The position numbers and the translations under genes are program-made. From the IMG/VR virus record IMGVR_UViG_2619619131_000020, positions 1 to 8,517 of that record: a DNA stretch of 8,517 bases. One strand, given 5' to 3'. The stretch comes from a virus. Its lineage: Duplodnaviria > Heunggongvirae > Uroviricota > Caudoviricetes. The notes beneath the pieces were generated by a model. The model saw only the letters and a program-made list of their open reading frames with translations. It was not told where the DNA came from and made no database searches. Below are positions 1 to 7,584 of this stretch, piece by piece. The number at the start of each line of letters is the position of its first letter. Within the stretch, counting starts at the first letter, position 1.

Positions 1-1513
<1,513 letters not shown>

Positions 1514-1546
1514 GTTCAGCGCGGAGTTTAAGCAGGTGGTGAACTG

Positions 1547-2245
1547 ATGCAGGATATTCACGAAGAAAGTCTGAGCGAGTCGGTTAAATCAGAGCAGTCA
1601 CCGCGGGTGGTACTCTGGGAAATTGACCTGACGGTGCAGGGTGGTGAGCGGTATTTTTTCTGTAATGAGCTGAATGAAAAAGGGGAGCCGGTCACCTGGC
1701 AGGGGCGGAAGTACCAGGCGTACCCGATTGATGGCAGCGGCTTTGAGATGAGCGGGAAGGGCAGCAGTGCCAGACCGTCGCTGACGGTGTCCAATCTGTT
1801 CGGTCTGGTCACCGGGATGGCGGAAGACCTGCAGAGTCTGGTGGGGGCCACGGTGGTCCGCCGCCGGGTGTATGCCCGTTTTCTGGATGCGGTGAATTTC
1901 GTTGCGGGCAATCCGGCGGCGGACCCGGAGCAGGAGTTGAGTGACCGCTGGGTGGTGGAGCAGATGTCGCAGCTGACAGCCATGACGGCCTCGTTTGTGC
2001 TGGCCACACCGACCGAGACGGACGGGGCGCTGTTTCCCGGTCGTATCATGCTGGCGAACACCTGTATGTGGACCTACCGCTCTGATGAGTGTGGTTACAC
2101 GGGCGGGGCTGTGGCGGATGAGTTCGATAAACCCACCACGGATATCCGTAAGGACAGATGCAGCAAGTGCATGCGCGGGTGTGAACTGCGCAGGAATGTC
2201 GGCAATTTTGGCGGTTTCCTTTCCATTAATAAACTTTCGCAGTAA
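1547..2245 (+). CDS. L: Minor tail protein L (lambda gpL-like), 232 aa, apparently intact
   Basis: The 232-aa translation (MQDIHEESLSESVKSEQSPRVVLWEIDLT...GGERYFFCNE...NVGNFGGFLSINKLSQ) matches lambda gpL in length and in conserved blocks as I remember them, including the C-terminal Cys-rich region (CGYTGG...CSKCMRGC). The start overlaps the M stop. Confidence 0.9.
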   Translation: MQDIHEESLSESVKSEQSPRVVLWEIDLTVQGGERYFFCNELNEKGEPVTWQGRKYQAYPIDGSGFEMSGKGSSARPSLTVSNLFGLVTGMAEDLQSLVGATVVRRRVYARFLDAVNFVAGNPAADPEQELSDRWVVEQMSQLTAMTASFVLATPTETDGALFPGRIMLANTCMWTYRSDECGYTGGAVADEFDKPTTDIRKDRCSKCMRGCELRRNVGNFGGFLSINKLSQ

Positions 2246-2255
2246 ATCCCGGTTT

Positions 2256-2999
2256 ATGACACAGACTGAATCAGCGATTCTGGCGCATGCCCGGCGGTGT
2301 GCGCCTGCGGAGTCGTGCGGCTTCGTGATAAGCACGCCGGAGGGGGAGTGGTATATCCCTTGTGTGAATATTTCTGCAGAGCCGGAGGCGTATTTTCGTA
2401 TCGCACCGGAAGACTGGCTGCGGGCAGAGATGCAGGGGGAGATTGTGGCACTGGTCCACAGTCATCCCGGTGGGCTGCCCTGGCTGAGCGAGGCTGACCG
2501 GCGGCTGCAGATAAAAAGCGCACTGCCCTGGTGGCTGGTCTGCCGGGGTGACATTCACAAATTCCGCTGTGTGCCACATCTGACAGGACGGCGCTTTGAG
2601 CACGGGGTGACGGACTGTTACACGCTGTTTCGGGATGCTTATCATCTGGCGGGGACTGAAATGCCGGATTTTCATCGCGAGGATGACTGGTGGCGCAACG
2701 GTCAGAACCTTTACCTGGACAATATGGCGGTCACAGGCTTTTACCGGGTGCCCCTGTCCTCTGCACAGGCGGGCGATATTCTGCTGTGCTGCTTTGGTGC
2801 TTCGGTACCGAACCATGCCGCCATTTACTGCGGCAACGGTGAGCTGCTTCACCATCTGCCTGAACAACTGAGTAAACGGGAGAGGTATTCCGAAAAATGG
2901 CAACGACGAACGCATTCTGTCTGGCGTCACCGCCACTGGCACGCATCTGCCTTCACGGGGATTTACAACGATTTGGCCGCCGCCTCAGCCTGTATGTGA
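2256..2999 (+). CDS. K: Tail tip assembly protein K (lambda gpK-like) with JAB/MPN and NlpC/P60 domain motifs
   Basis: The translation starts MTQTESAILAHARRCAPAESCGFV. A JAMM-type motif HSHPGGLPWLSEAD (H-x-H-x7-S-x2-D) is visible directly, as are NlpC/P60-type catalytic residues (Cys in GVTDCYTLF, His in VPNHAAIY). The start was chosen at the first ATG after the L stop, in frame with ORF 1995-2999. Confidence 0.85.
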   Translation: MTQTESAILAHARRCAPAESCGFVISTPEGEWYIPCVNISAEPEAYFRIAPEDWLRAEMQGEIVALVHSHPGGLPWLSEADRRLQIKSALPWWLVCRGDIHKFRCVPHLTGRRFEHGVTDCYTLFRDAYHLAGTEMPDFHREDDWWRNGQNLYLDNMAVTGFYRVPLSSAQAGDILLCCFGASVPNHAAIYCGNGELLHHLPEQLSKRERYSEKWQRRTHSVWRHRHWHASAFTGIYNDLAAASACM

Positions 3000-3532
3000 A
3001 CACGGCAGCGGAAGCCATTCGCGCCCTGTCGATGCAGATGCCGGGCTTTCGCCGTCAGATGAACGAAGGCTGGTACCAGATACGTATTGCCGGTGATGAC
3101 ACGGCACCGGAGGCGGTGTATGCCCGTCTTACGTCCTTCAGTTATGCCAATGCTGAGGATGAGCAAAAAACGCGCTACAGAGATACCCGCTGGCATGAAG
3201 ATTCCGTGCGTAACCGCTGGTTCAGCGTGATGGCGGGGCCGTCTGTACGCGTGAATGAATGGTTCAGCGCGTATGCGATGGCGGGTGTGGCTTACAGCCG
3301 TGTGTCGACTTTCTCCGGGGATTATCTCCGCGTAACTGACAACAAGGGGAAAACGCACGACGTGCTGACCGGAAGTGATGACGGTTGCCACAGCAACACG
3401 TCTCTGGCGTGGGGGGCTGGCGTGCAGTTTAACCCGACCGAATCCGTGGCCATTGATATTGCTTATGAAGGCTCCGGCAGTGGTGACTGGCGCACTGACG
3501 GTTTCATCGTGGGTATCGGTTATAAATTCTGA
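2897..3532 (+). pseudogene. In-frame chimera: N-terminal ~70 codons of tail assembly protein I fused to the C-terminal ~130 codons of outer-membrane protein Lom; J and the Lom signal peptide are missing
   Basis: N-terminus MATTNAFCLASPPLARICLHGDLQRFGRRL...WYQIRIAGDD resembles the lambda gpI N-terminus. From ~nt 3130 the translation SFSYANAEDEQKTRYRDTRWHEDSVRNRWFSVMAGPSVRVNEWFSAYAMAGVAYSRV...DGFIVGIGYKF matches the Lom/Ail-family beta-barrel C-terminus ending in aromatic F. No J-like ORF (expected >1000 codons) lies between. Confidence 0.7.
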
Positions 3533-3558
3533 TTAGCCAGGTAACACAGTGTTATGAC

Positions 3559-3586
3559 AGCCCGCCGGTTCAGGCGGGCTTTTTTG
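3559..3586 (+). terminator. Rho-independent terminator downstream of the I-lom chimera
   Basis: An 8-bp perfect stem AGCCCGCC (3559-3566) / GGCGGGCT (3573-3580) with a 6-nt loop GGTTCA is followed by a T-run at 3580-3585. Confidence 0.6.
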
Positions 3587-3596
3587 TGGGGTGAAT

Positions 3597-4811
3597 ATGG
3601 CAGTAAAGATTTCAGGTGTGCTGAAGGATGGTACAGGAAAACCGGTACCGGACTGCACCATAGAGCTGAAAGCCACGCGAACGAGTGAGACGGTGATAGT
3701 CACCACGGTGGCGCAGGGGCAGCCGGGGGAAACCGGCAGTTACAGTTTTGATGTGGAGCCGGGGTGGTACCGGGTGACGCTGAACACGGAAGGGTACGCC
3801 CCGTCGTATGTGGGTGACATTCTGGTGAAGGCGGATTCTGAGCCGGGAACGCTGAATAAATTTCTGATGGAACAGGATGAGGTGCAGTATTACCCGAAAG
3901 CGCTTGCAGAGCTGGAAGCGGTGGCAGCGGAAATCCTGAAGCGTGCTGAAGCGTCGGCGGCGAGTGCAGAGGAAGCGAAGGAACGGGCAGAGAATGCCCG
4001 GGGACCGGCGGGCGAGAAGGGGGACACAGGTCCACAGGGTGCCACAGGGGCACAGGGACCAGCCGGGGCAACGGGGGCGGTCGGACCAAAAGGTGAGCCG
4101 GGGCCAAAGGGAGAACGGGGAGAAACAGGTCCACAGGGACCGAAGGGCGATAAAGGTGACCCGGGCGGACCGCCGGGGCCGAAAGGGGATACGGGAGACA
4201 CAGGCCCGGCAGGACCACAGGGGCCGAAGGGAGATACGGGAGACACAGGCCCGGCAGGACCACAGGGGCCGAAGGGAGATACGGGAGACACAGGCCCGGC
4301 AGGTCCGCAGGGACCGAAGGGAGATACGGGAGACACAGGCCCGGCAGGACCACAGGGACCGAAGGGAGATACGGGAGACACAGGCCCGGCAGGACCACAG
4401 GGACCTAAAGGGGATGCGGGAGCTGCAGGCCCGGCAGGGCCACAGGGACCGAAGGGAGATACGGGAGACACAGGCCCGGCAGGACCACAGGGACCGAAGG
4501 GAGATACGGGAGACACAGGTCCGGCAGGACCTCAGGGACCGTCAGGAAGTCCTGACAGCGGACTGTTTGGTGTCGGTTCTTTTGTCCTTGCGGCATATTA
4601 TGCGACGAGTTATTCGGGGGATATGGCACCGGGCTCAGCCATTGCCGGCTCATCACTGTCTGCATGTTGCCTTTCGAATGGTACTCCCCTGGTTGCTTCC
4701 GGTAATGTGGGGGAGACCCGTTTACCGGGCACGTGGCGTGCATGTGGTCCGATGCTATGGACATCATCTCCGGGTATCAGACAGGCAGGATTATTTCAGC
4801 GCATATCATAG
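3597..4811 (+). CDS. stf: Side tail fibre protein (lambda Stf-like N-terminus, collagen-like Gly-X-Y shaft, distinct C-terminal domain)
   Basis: N-terminus [26 protein letters not shown] resembles the lambda Stf N-terminus. Codons ~136-320 are uninterrupted G-X-Y triplets ([13 protein letters not shown]...[15 protein letters not shown] repeated). The C-terminal ~90 aa are non-collagenous ([19 protein letters not shown]...GTWRACGPM...LFQRIS). Start taken at ATG 3597 rather than the in-frame GTG 3591; stop TAG 4809-4811. Confidence 0.8.
   Translation: MAVKISGVLKDGTGKPVPDCTIELKATRTSETVIVTTVAQGQPGETGSYSFDVEPGWYRVTLNTEGYAPSYVGDILVKADSEPGTLNKFLMEQDEVQYYPKALAELEAVAAEILKRAEASAASAEEAKERAENARGPAGEKGDTGPQGATGAQGPAGATGAVGPKGEPGPKGERGETGPQGPKGDKGDPGGPPGPKGDTGDTGPAGPQGPKGDTGDTGPAGPQGPKGDTGDTGPAGPQGPKGDTGDTGPAGPQGPKGDTGDTGPAGPQGPKGDAGAAGPAGPQGPKGDTGDTGPAGPQGPKGDTGDTGPAGPQGPSGSPDSGLFGVGSFVLAAYYATSYSGDMAPGSAIAGSSLSACCLSNGTPLVASGNVGETRLPGTWRACGPMLWTSSPGIRQAGLFQRIS
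4179..4538 (+). repeat. Eight tandem copies of a 45-bp unit (CCGAAGGGAGATACGGGAGACACAGGCCCGGCAGGACCACAGGGR) encoding [15 protein letters not shown] inside stf
   Basis: Direct reading: units begin at 4179, 4224, 4269, 4314, 4359, 4404, 4449 and 4494. Five are near-identical; the units at 4269, 4404 and 4494 carry a few substitutions. The period is a multiple of 3, so the reading frame is preserved. Confidence 0.85.
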
Positions 4812-4819
4812 AGGAGGTC

Positions 4820-5428
4820 ATGGTGGATAAGGGAAAAGAGATTCTTGCAGTACGAAATGCAGCCAGCAACGAATATGGCGGGATAAACTGTGAGGTGCAG
4901 TTTGAAGACGCGGTGAATGAAAAAGGGGAACAGGTATGGCTGCCGTATACTGCAACGGAAACGGATAATACAGAACACGGAAAAGCATTGTGGTCTGGGC
5001 TGACAGCAGGAACGTACGGAAGTGTGAGTGCCTTTGTCGCCACGGAAGCAGTACTGGAAGCGGCAAAAGCGGCGAAAAGGGAAGAGATTAATATCTGGCG
5101 TGATGTGCAGGAGAATATGGAATACATGATGGAATTCAACGGAAGGAACTGGGATTACGGCAAGAAGACGTTGTCCAGGATAAGCATGACACGCCTGATG
5201 GCAGAGAATAACCGTCTTCCGGAAGGTTTTGCTTGGACCGACGGGGATAATAATGTGGTGCCGGTGACGGCGGCAGACATCATAGCCCTGTCGGATGCGA
5301 CAGAGCAGGCGATGTTTGCGAAGGGGGTGGAGATTAATACACGGCAGTTGCAGATGAAAGCAGAGGTTGAGGCGCTGACAGAGCTGAAGGCGATCCGCAG
5401 TTACGTTGTTGGATGGCCTGCTGGCTGA
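4820..5428 (+). CDS. Putative tail fibre assembly / chaperone protein (DUF4376-like C-terminus), translationally coupled to stf
   Basis: A strong Shine-Dalgarno GAGGAGG at 4811-4817 lies directly after the stf stop, with ATG at 4820 (GTG 4823 is an alternative). The C-terminal block FAWTDGDNNVVPVTAADIIALSDATEQAMFAKGVEINTRQLQMKAEVEALTELKAIRSY fits the pattern I associate with DUF4376 fibre-associated proteins. It is not similar to lambda Tfa. Confidence 0.55.
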   Translation: MVDKGKEILAVRNAASNEYGGINCEVQFEDAVNEKGEQVWLPYTATETDNTEHGKALWSGLTAGTYGSVSAFVATEAVLEAAKAAKREEINIWRDVQENMEYMMEFNGRNWDYGKKTLSRISMTRLMAENNRLPEGFAWTDGDNNVVPVTAADIIALSDATEQAMFAKGVEINTRQLQMKAEVEALTELKAIRSYVVGWPAG

Positions 5429-5457
5429 ATAAAAAAACGGGACCACGACCAGTCCCG
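5429..5457 (-). terminator. Rho-independent terminator for minus-strand transcription (downstream of the ykgJ-like gene and int)
   Basis: Stem CGGGAC (5438-5443) / GTCCCG (5452-5457) with an 8-nt loop. On the minus strand the hairpin is followed by a T7 run (complement of A-run 5431-5437). On the plus strand no T-run follows the hairpin. Confidence 0.55.
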
Positions 5458-5569
5458 GAACCATGAGTTTTAGGGTATTAGTTTGTTATCATAGTTAGCG
5501 TGCTAAGTATGCCATGTCAGGTTGATTAGTGAAGTGATGTTGTTCGCATTTTTGCACGGCGGAGAATAT

Positions 5570-5895
5570 TCAGATTTTTGGAAATCCATATTTTTCCCGT
5601 GCGCGATTACATGCTTCATTTACGATGCTATTTTCGCCGGACATTGCGAATTCCCTGCATGTGGACGGTTTTTGTAAACAGAGCAATATGCGTTTTCTCC
5701 GGGGGGGGCCGGCAAGAGCGCCACATCGGGGATTTTTCTGATTGGTGCCGCGCATACAGCGATGAAAAGGAGATATTTGCTCAGTGAGACTGACCGAAAC
5801 CTTTCCGCCAGCATCGTCAGCTTCTGCCCAGTAAAAAGAGACGCGGAAAATGCACAACAGGCACCACACGTCATGCATGGATTCAGATTGCTCAT
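5570..5895 (-). pseudogene. YkgJ-family (CxxCxxCC, putative zinc/iron-chelating domain) gene interrupted by three frame changes
   Basis: Two overlapping minus-strand ORFs (5620-5895 and 5570-5902) each carry pieces of one family pattern. Frame a gives the N-terminal [10 protein letters not shown] and later CSVYKNRP; frame b gives [15 protein letters not shown]...[27 protein letters not shown] and the C-terminal [27 protein letters not shown]. Switch points coincide with homopolymer runs at plus-strand 5847-5850, 5701-5708 and 5669-5673. Family assignment is from memory of the motif pattern. Confidence 0.5.
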
Positions 5896-6115
5896 AATTC
5901 ACCAGTACAGCTATAAATCGTAAAGAGAACAGCGGTACATCGTATGTAAGAACGTACCGCGGCTGGCTGGTGAACTTCCGATAGTGCGAGTATTGAATGA
6001 TTTCCAGCCGTTACCGATTTTACTATGTTTTAGTAGAACACTTAGACAAAACTGAGACACACAAAGCTTTGTACTGGATTGCTAGGCTTTGTGCTATTCG
6101 ATAGTTTAAGGTCGC

Positions 6116-7273
6116 TCACTCTACCTTTTCATCAAGCCAGTCCGCCCACCACTGCATCATTTCTCTGCGCTTATCGAGATACTGTGCATGGTTGTAAATC
6201 CCGCGCACAGATCCGCCGTTGGCATGTGCAAGTTGCACTTCAATGGCGTCGGCAGGCCATTCGTGCTCGTTCATAATCGTGCTGAATTCATGCCTGAATC
6301 CGTGACCGCTTTCCAGACCTTCATAGCCGATTTGTTTGATCACAAGCAGTACAGCGTTCTCGCAAATTGGCTTCTTCTTATCGTTGCGCCCGGCAAAAAC
6401 AAACTCTGATACTGGTTTGGTGATTGAGCTTAGCATAGTGAGAAGTTCAACTACCTGGTCTGACATAGGAACCACATGAATTTTGCGTCCCTTCATCACA
6501 TTGGCGTCGATGGTGATAATCCTGTTTTCAAAATCGACGTTCTTCCATAGCATGGAACGAAGCTCTTTTGTTCTGAGGGCTGTGTAGCGTAAAACTTTGG
6601 TCGCAATGAGCGATACGATGCTTCCTGAAAATGTTGCCAGTGCTTTGTTAAATGCCGGGATCTGGTCTGCAGGAAGAAACGGGAAGTTTTTCTTGCGGTA
6701 TCCCTTCATGGCGTCAGCAAGGTCAGGTGCCGGGTTATATTTAGCCCTACCAGTAACAATAGCGTAACGGAAAACCTCGCCGCATCTTCTGCGGGCTTTA
6801 TTTGCTCTCTCCATTGCACCGCGATCTTCAAATCTGCGGATTACTTCCAGCAGTTGCATCGGCTCAATATCCTGAATTTCAAGGCCGCCGATGATAGGTA
6901 AAATGTCGTCATCAAACATTTTTGCAAGTTCAGTCGCATACCCTACTGACCATACTTGCTTCTTGTGCTCGTACCATTCCTTGTAAATCGCACTAAAGGA
7001 ATTGTTGTTAGACGAAGCCTTTTTCGCCTTTACCGGATCGATGCCAACCGAGATGTCTTTCCTCGCAGTCCATGCCTTATCCCTTGCCTCCTGCAAAGTC
7101 ATTAGCGGATATTTTCCTACGGTCAGGATTTTCTCCTTACCGTCAATCTTGTAGCGAAGCTGCCATACCTTTTTCCCTGACACAGGGACATAAAGGTACA
7201 GGCCATTACCATCGAGTAGGCGGTATGGTTTTTCTTTCGGCTTTGCTGCTTCAATCTGCTTAACGGTGAGCAT
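6116..7273 (-). CDS. intS: Tyrosine-type site-specific integrase (CPS-53 IntS-like), 385 aa
   Basis: Translation MLTVKQIEAAKPKEKPYRLLDGNGLYLYVPVSGKKVWQLRYKIDGKEKILTVGKYPL... has the C-terminal catalytic signature HGFRHEF (H-x-x-R) and a conserved Tyr in GIYNHAQY. It lies next to tRNA-Arg and yfdC, as IntS does in E. coli K-12. Start taken at ATG 7273 (385 aa) rather than the upstream in-frame GTG 7309. Confidence 0.88.
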   Translation of the reverse strand: MLTVKQIEAAKPKEKPYRLLDGNGLYLYVPVSGKKVWQLRYKIDGKEKILTVGKYPLMTLQEARDKAWTARKDISVGIDPVKAKKASSNNNSFSAIYKEWYEHKKQVWSVGYATELAKMFDDDILPIIGGLEIQDIEPMQLLEVIRRFEDRGAMERANKARRRCGEVFRYAIVTGRAKYNPAPDLADAMKGYRKKNFPFLPADQIPAFNKALATFSGSIVSLIATKVLRYTALRTKELRSMLWKNVDFENRIITIDANVMKGRKIHVVPMSDQVVELLTMLSSITKPVSEFVFAGRNDKKKPICENAVLLVIKQIGYEGLESGHGFRHEFSTIMNEHEWPADAIEVQLAHANGGSVRGIYNHAQYLDKRREMMQWWADWLDEKVE

Positions 7274-7318
7274 GGGTAAAAATCCGGTGGGTAAAATTAT
7301 TTTATCCACTTTTTACCC
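7274..7318 (-). promoter_or_regulatory. Cluster of three GGGTAAAA motifs in the int leader, candidate operator or arm-type sites
   Basis: Direct copies of GGGTAAAA at 7274-7281 and 7289-7296, plus an inverted copy TTTTACCC at 7311-7318; the first copy abuts the int ATG. Function is inferred only. Confidence 0.25.
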
Positions 7319-7434
7319 GTCATGGAGTGCGGCTGTCAACGATCTGACGCGAACCATGACGAACTGTGAATCTACGGAAGGCTTGATATTCAGGGGATTT
7401 TGCGGACTGGTACGGATGGGGGCGAACTGATAAA

Positions 7435-7509
7435 TGGTGTCCCCTGCAGGAATCGAACCTGCAATTAGCCCTTAGGAGGGGCTCGTTATATCCATTTAAC
7501 TAAGAGGAC
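7435..7509 (-). tRNA. argW: tRNA-Arg (anticodon CCU), argW
   Basis: The reverse complement of 7435-7509 is GTCCTCTTAGTTAAATGGATATAACGAGCCCCTCCTAAGGGCTAATTGCAGGTTCGATTCCTGCAGGGGACACCA (75 nt). It has a 7-bp acceptor stem (GTCCTCT/AGGGGAC), anticodon loop CTCCTAA with anticodon CCT, T-loop GGTTCGATTCC and an encoded CCA end. Confidence 0.95.
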
Positions 7510-7520
7510 AATGCGGCATG

Positions 7521-7549
7521 AGTATACCCGCTAATGGAGTGCGGGGTAA
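7521..7549 (-). promoter_or_regulatory. Candidate sigma70 promoter for argW
   Basis: On the minus strand, -35 TTACCC (plus 7544-7549) and -10 TATACT (plus 7521-7526) are separated by a 17-nt spacer; the -10 lies ~12 nt upstream of the mature tRNA 5' end. Sequence-pattern inference only. Confidence 0.3.
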
Positions 7550-7584
7550 GTACGCTGCCGCTCGATTGCTTAAACCCTCGCCAT

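Noticed and set aside
1598-2942. Minus-strand ORFs 1598-2335 (245 aa) and 2271-2942 (223 aa) opposite L and K
   Set aside because: They are antisense to genes with strong recognisable homology and motifs; their translations are Arg/Pro-rich, typical of spurious ORFs in GC-rich DNA.
3591-3596. GTG start at 3591 giving [10 protein letters not shown] for stf
   Set aside because: The lambda Stf-like N-terminus begins MAVKISGV, so the ATG at 3597 is the more likely start; the difference is only two codons.
4179-4538. Possible CRISPR array because of regularly spaced repeats
   Set aside because: The units are directly tandem with no intervening unique spacers, the period is 45 bp in frame, and they encode collagen-like peptide. 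This is a coding tandem repeat, not a CRISPR.
3700-4767. Long minus-strand ORFs (3700-4398, 3890-4516, 4405-4767) antisense to stf
   Set aside because: They lie entirely within the GC-rich collagen repeat, and their translations are low-complexity Pro/Gly/Leu repeats that mirror the sense-strand repeat. They are an artefact of repeat composition, not independent genes.
4733-4819. Upstream start (MACMWSD...) for the fibre chaperone gene, overlapping the stf 3' end
   Set aside because: There is no ribosome-binding site, whereas the ATG at 4820 sits directly behind a perfect GAGGAGG immediately after the stf stop.
3943-4830. Plus-strand alternative-frame ORF of 295 aa, Arg-rich ([10 protein letters not shown]...)
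   Set aside because: It is an out-of-frame reading of the same 45-bp repeats, with no start context and no family resemblance; the stf frame carries the coherent Gly-X-Y signal.
5438-5457. Plus-strand terminator for the fibre chaperone gene
   Set aside because: The hairpin is followed on the plus strand by GAACC rather than a U-tract; the T-run is on the minus strand, so the element is called as a minus-strand terminator. Weak bidirectional activity cannot be excluded.
5578-5787. Plus-strand 69-aa ORF in the int-proximal region
   Set aside because: It is antisense to the ykgJ-like remnant, which carries recognisable family motifs, and has no features of its own.
5903-6115. Possible hidden small gene, toxin-antitoxin pair or defence cargo between int and the ykgJ-like gene
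   Set aside because: No ORF of meaningful length exists on either strand in this interval. Only a short inverted repeat (CGGTAC...GTACCG, 5933-5959) without a flanking U-tract was seen, which is insufficient to call a feature.
6079-6409. Small plus-strand ORFs (6079-6276, 6188-6409) inside int
   Set aside because: They are antisense to a well-supported integrase CDS and have no supporting signals.
7274-7309. Upstream GTG start at 7309 extending the integrase by 12 codons (MDKIILPTGFLP)
   Set aside because: The homologous IntS-type protein begins MLTVKQ (385 aa); the extension is not conserved as far as I can recall and would place the start inside the repeat cluster.
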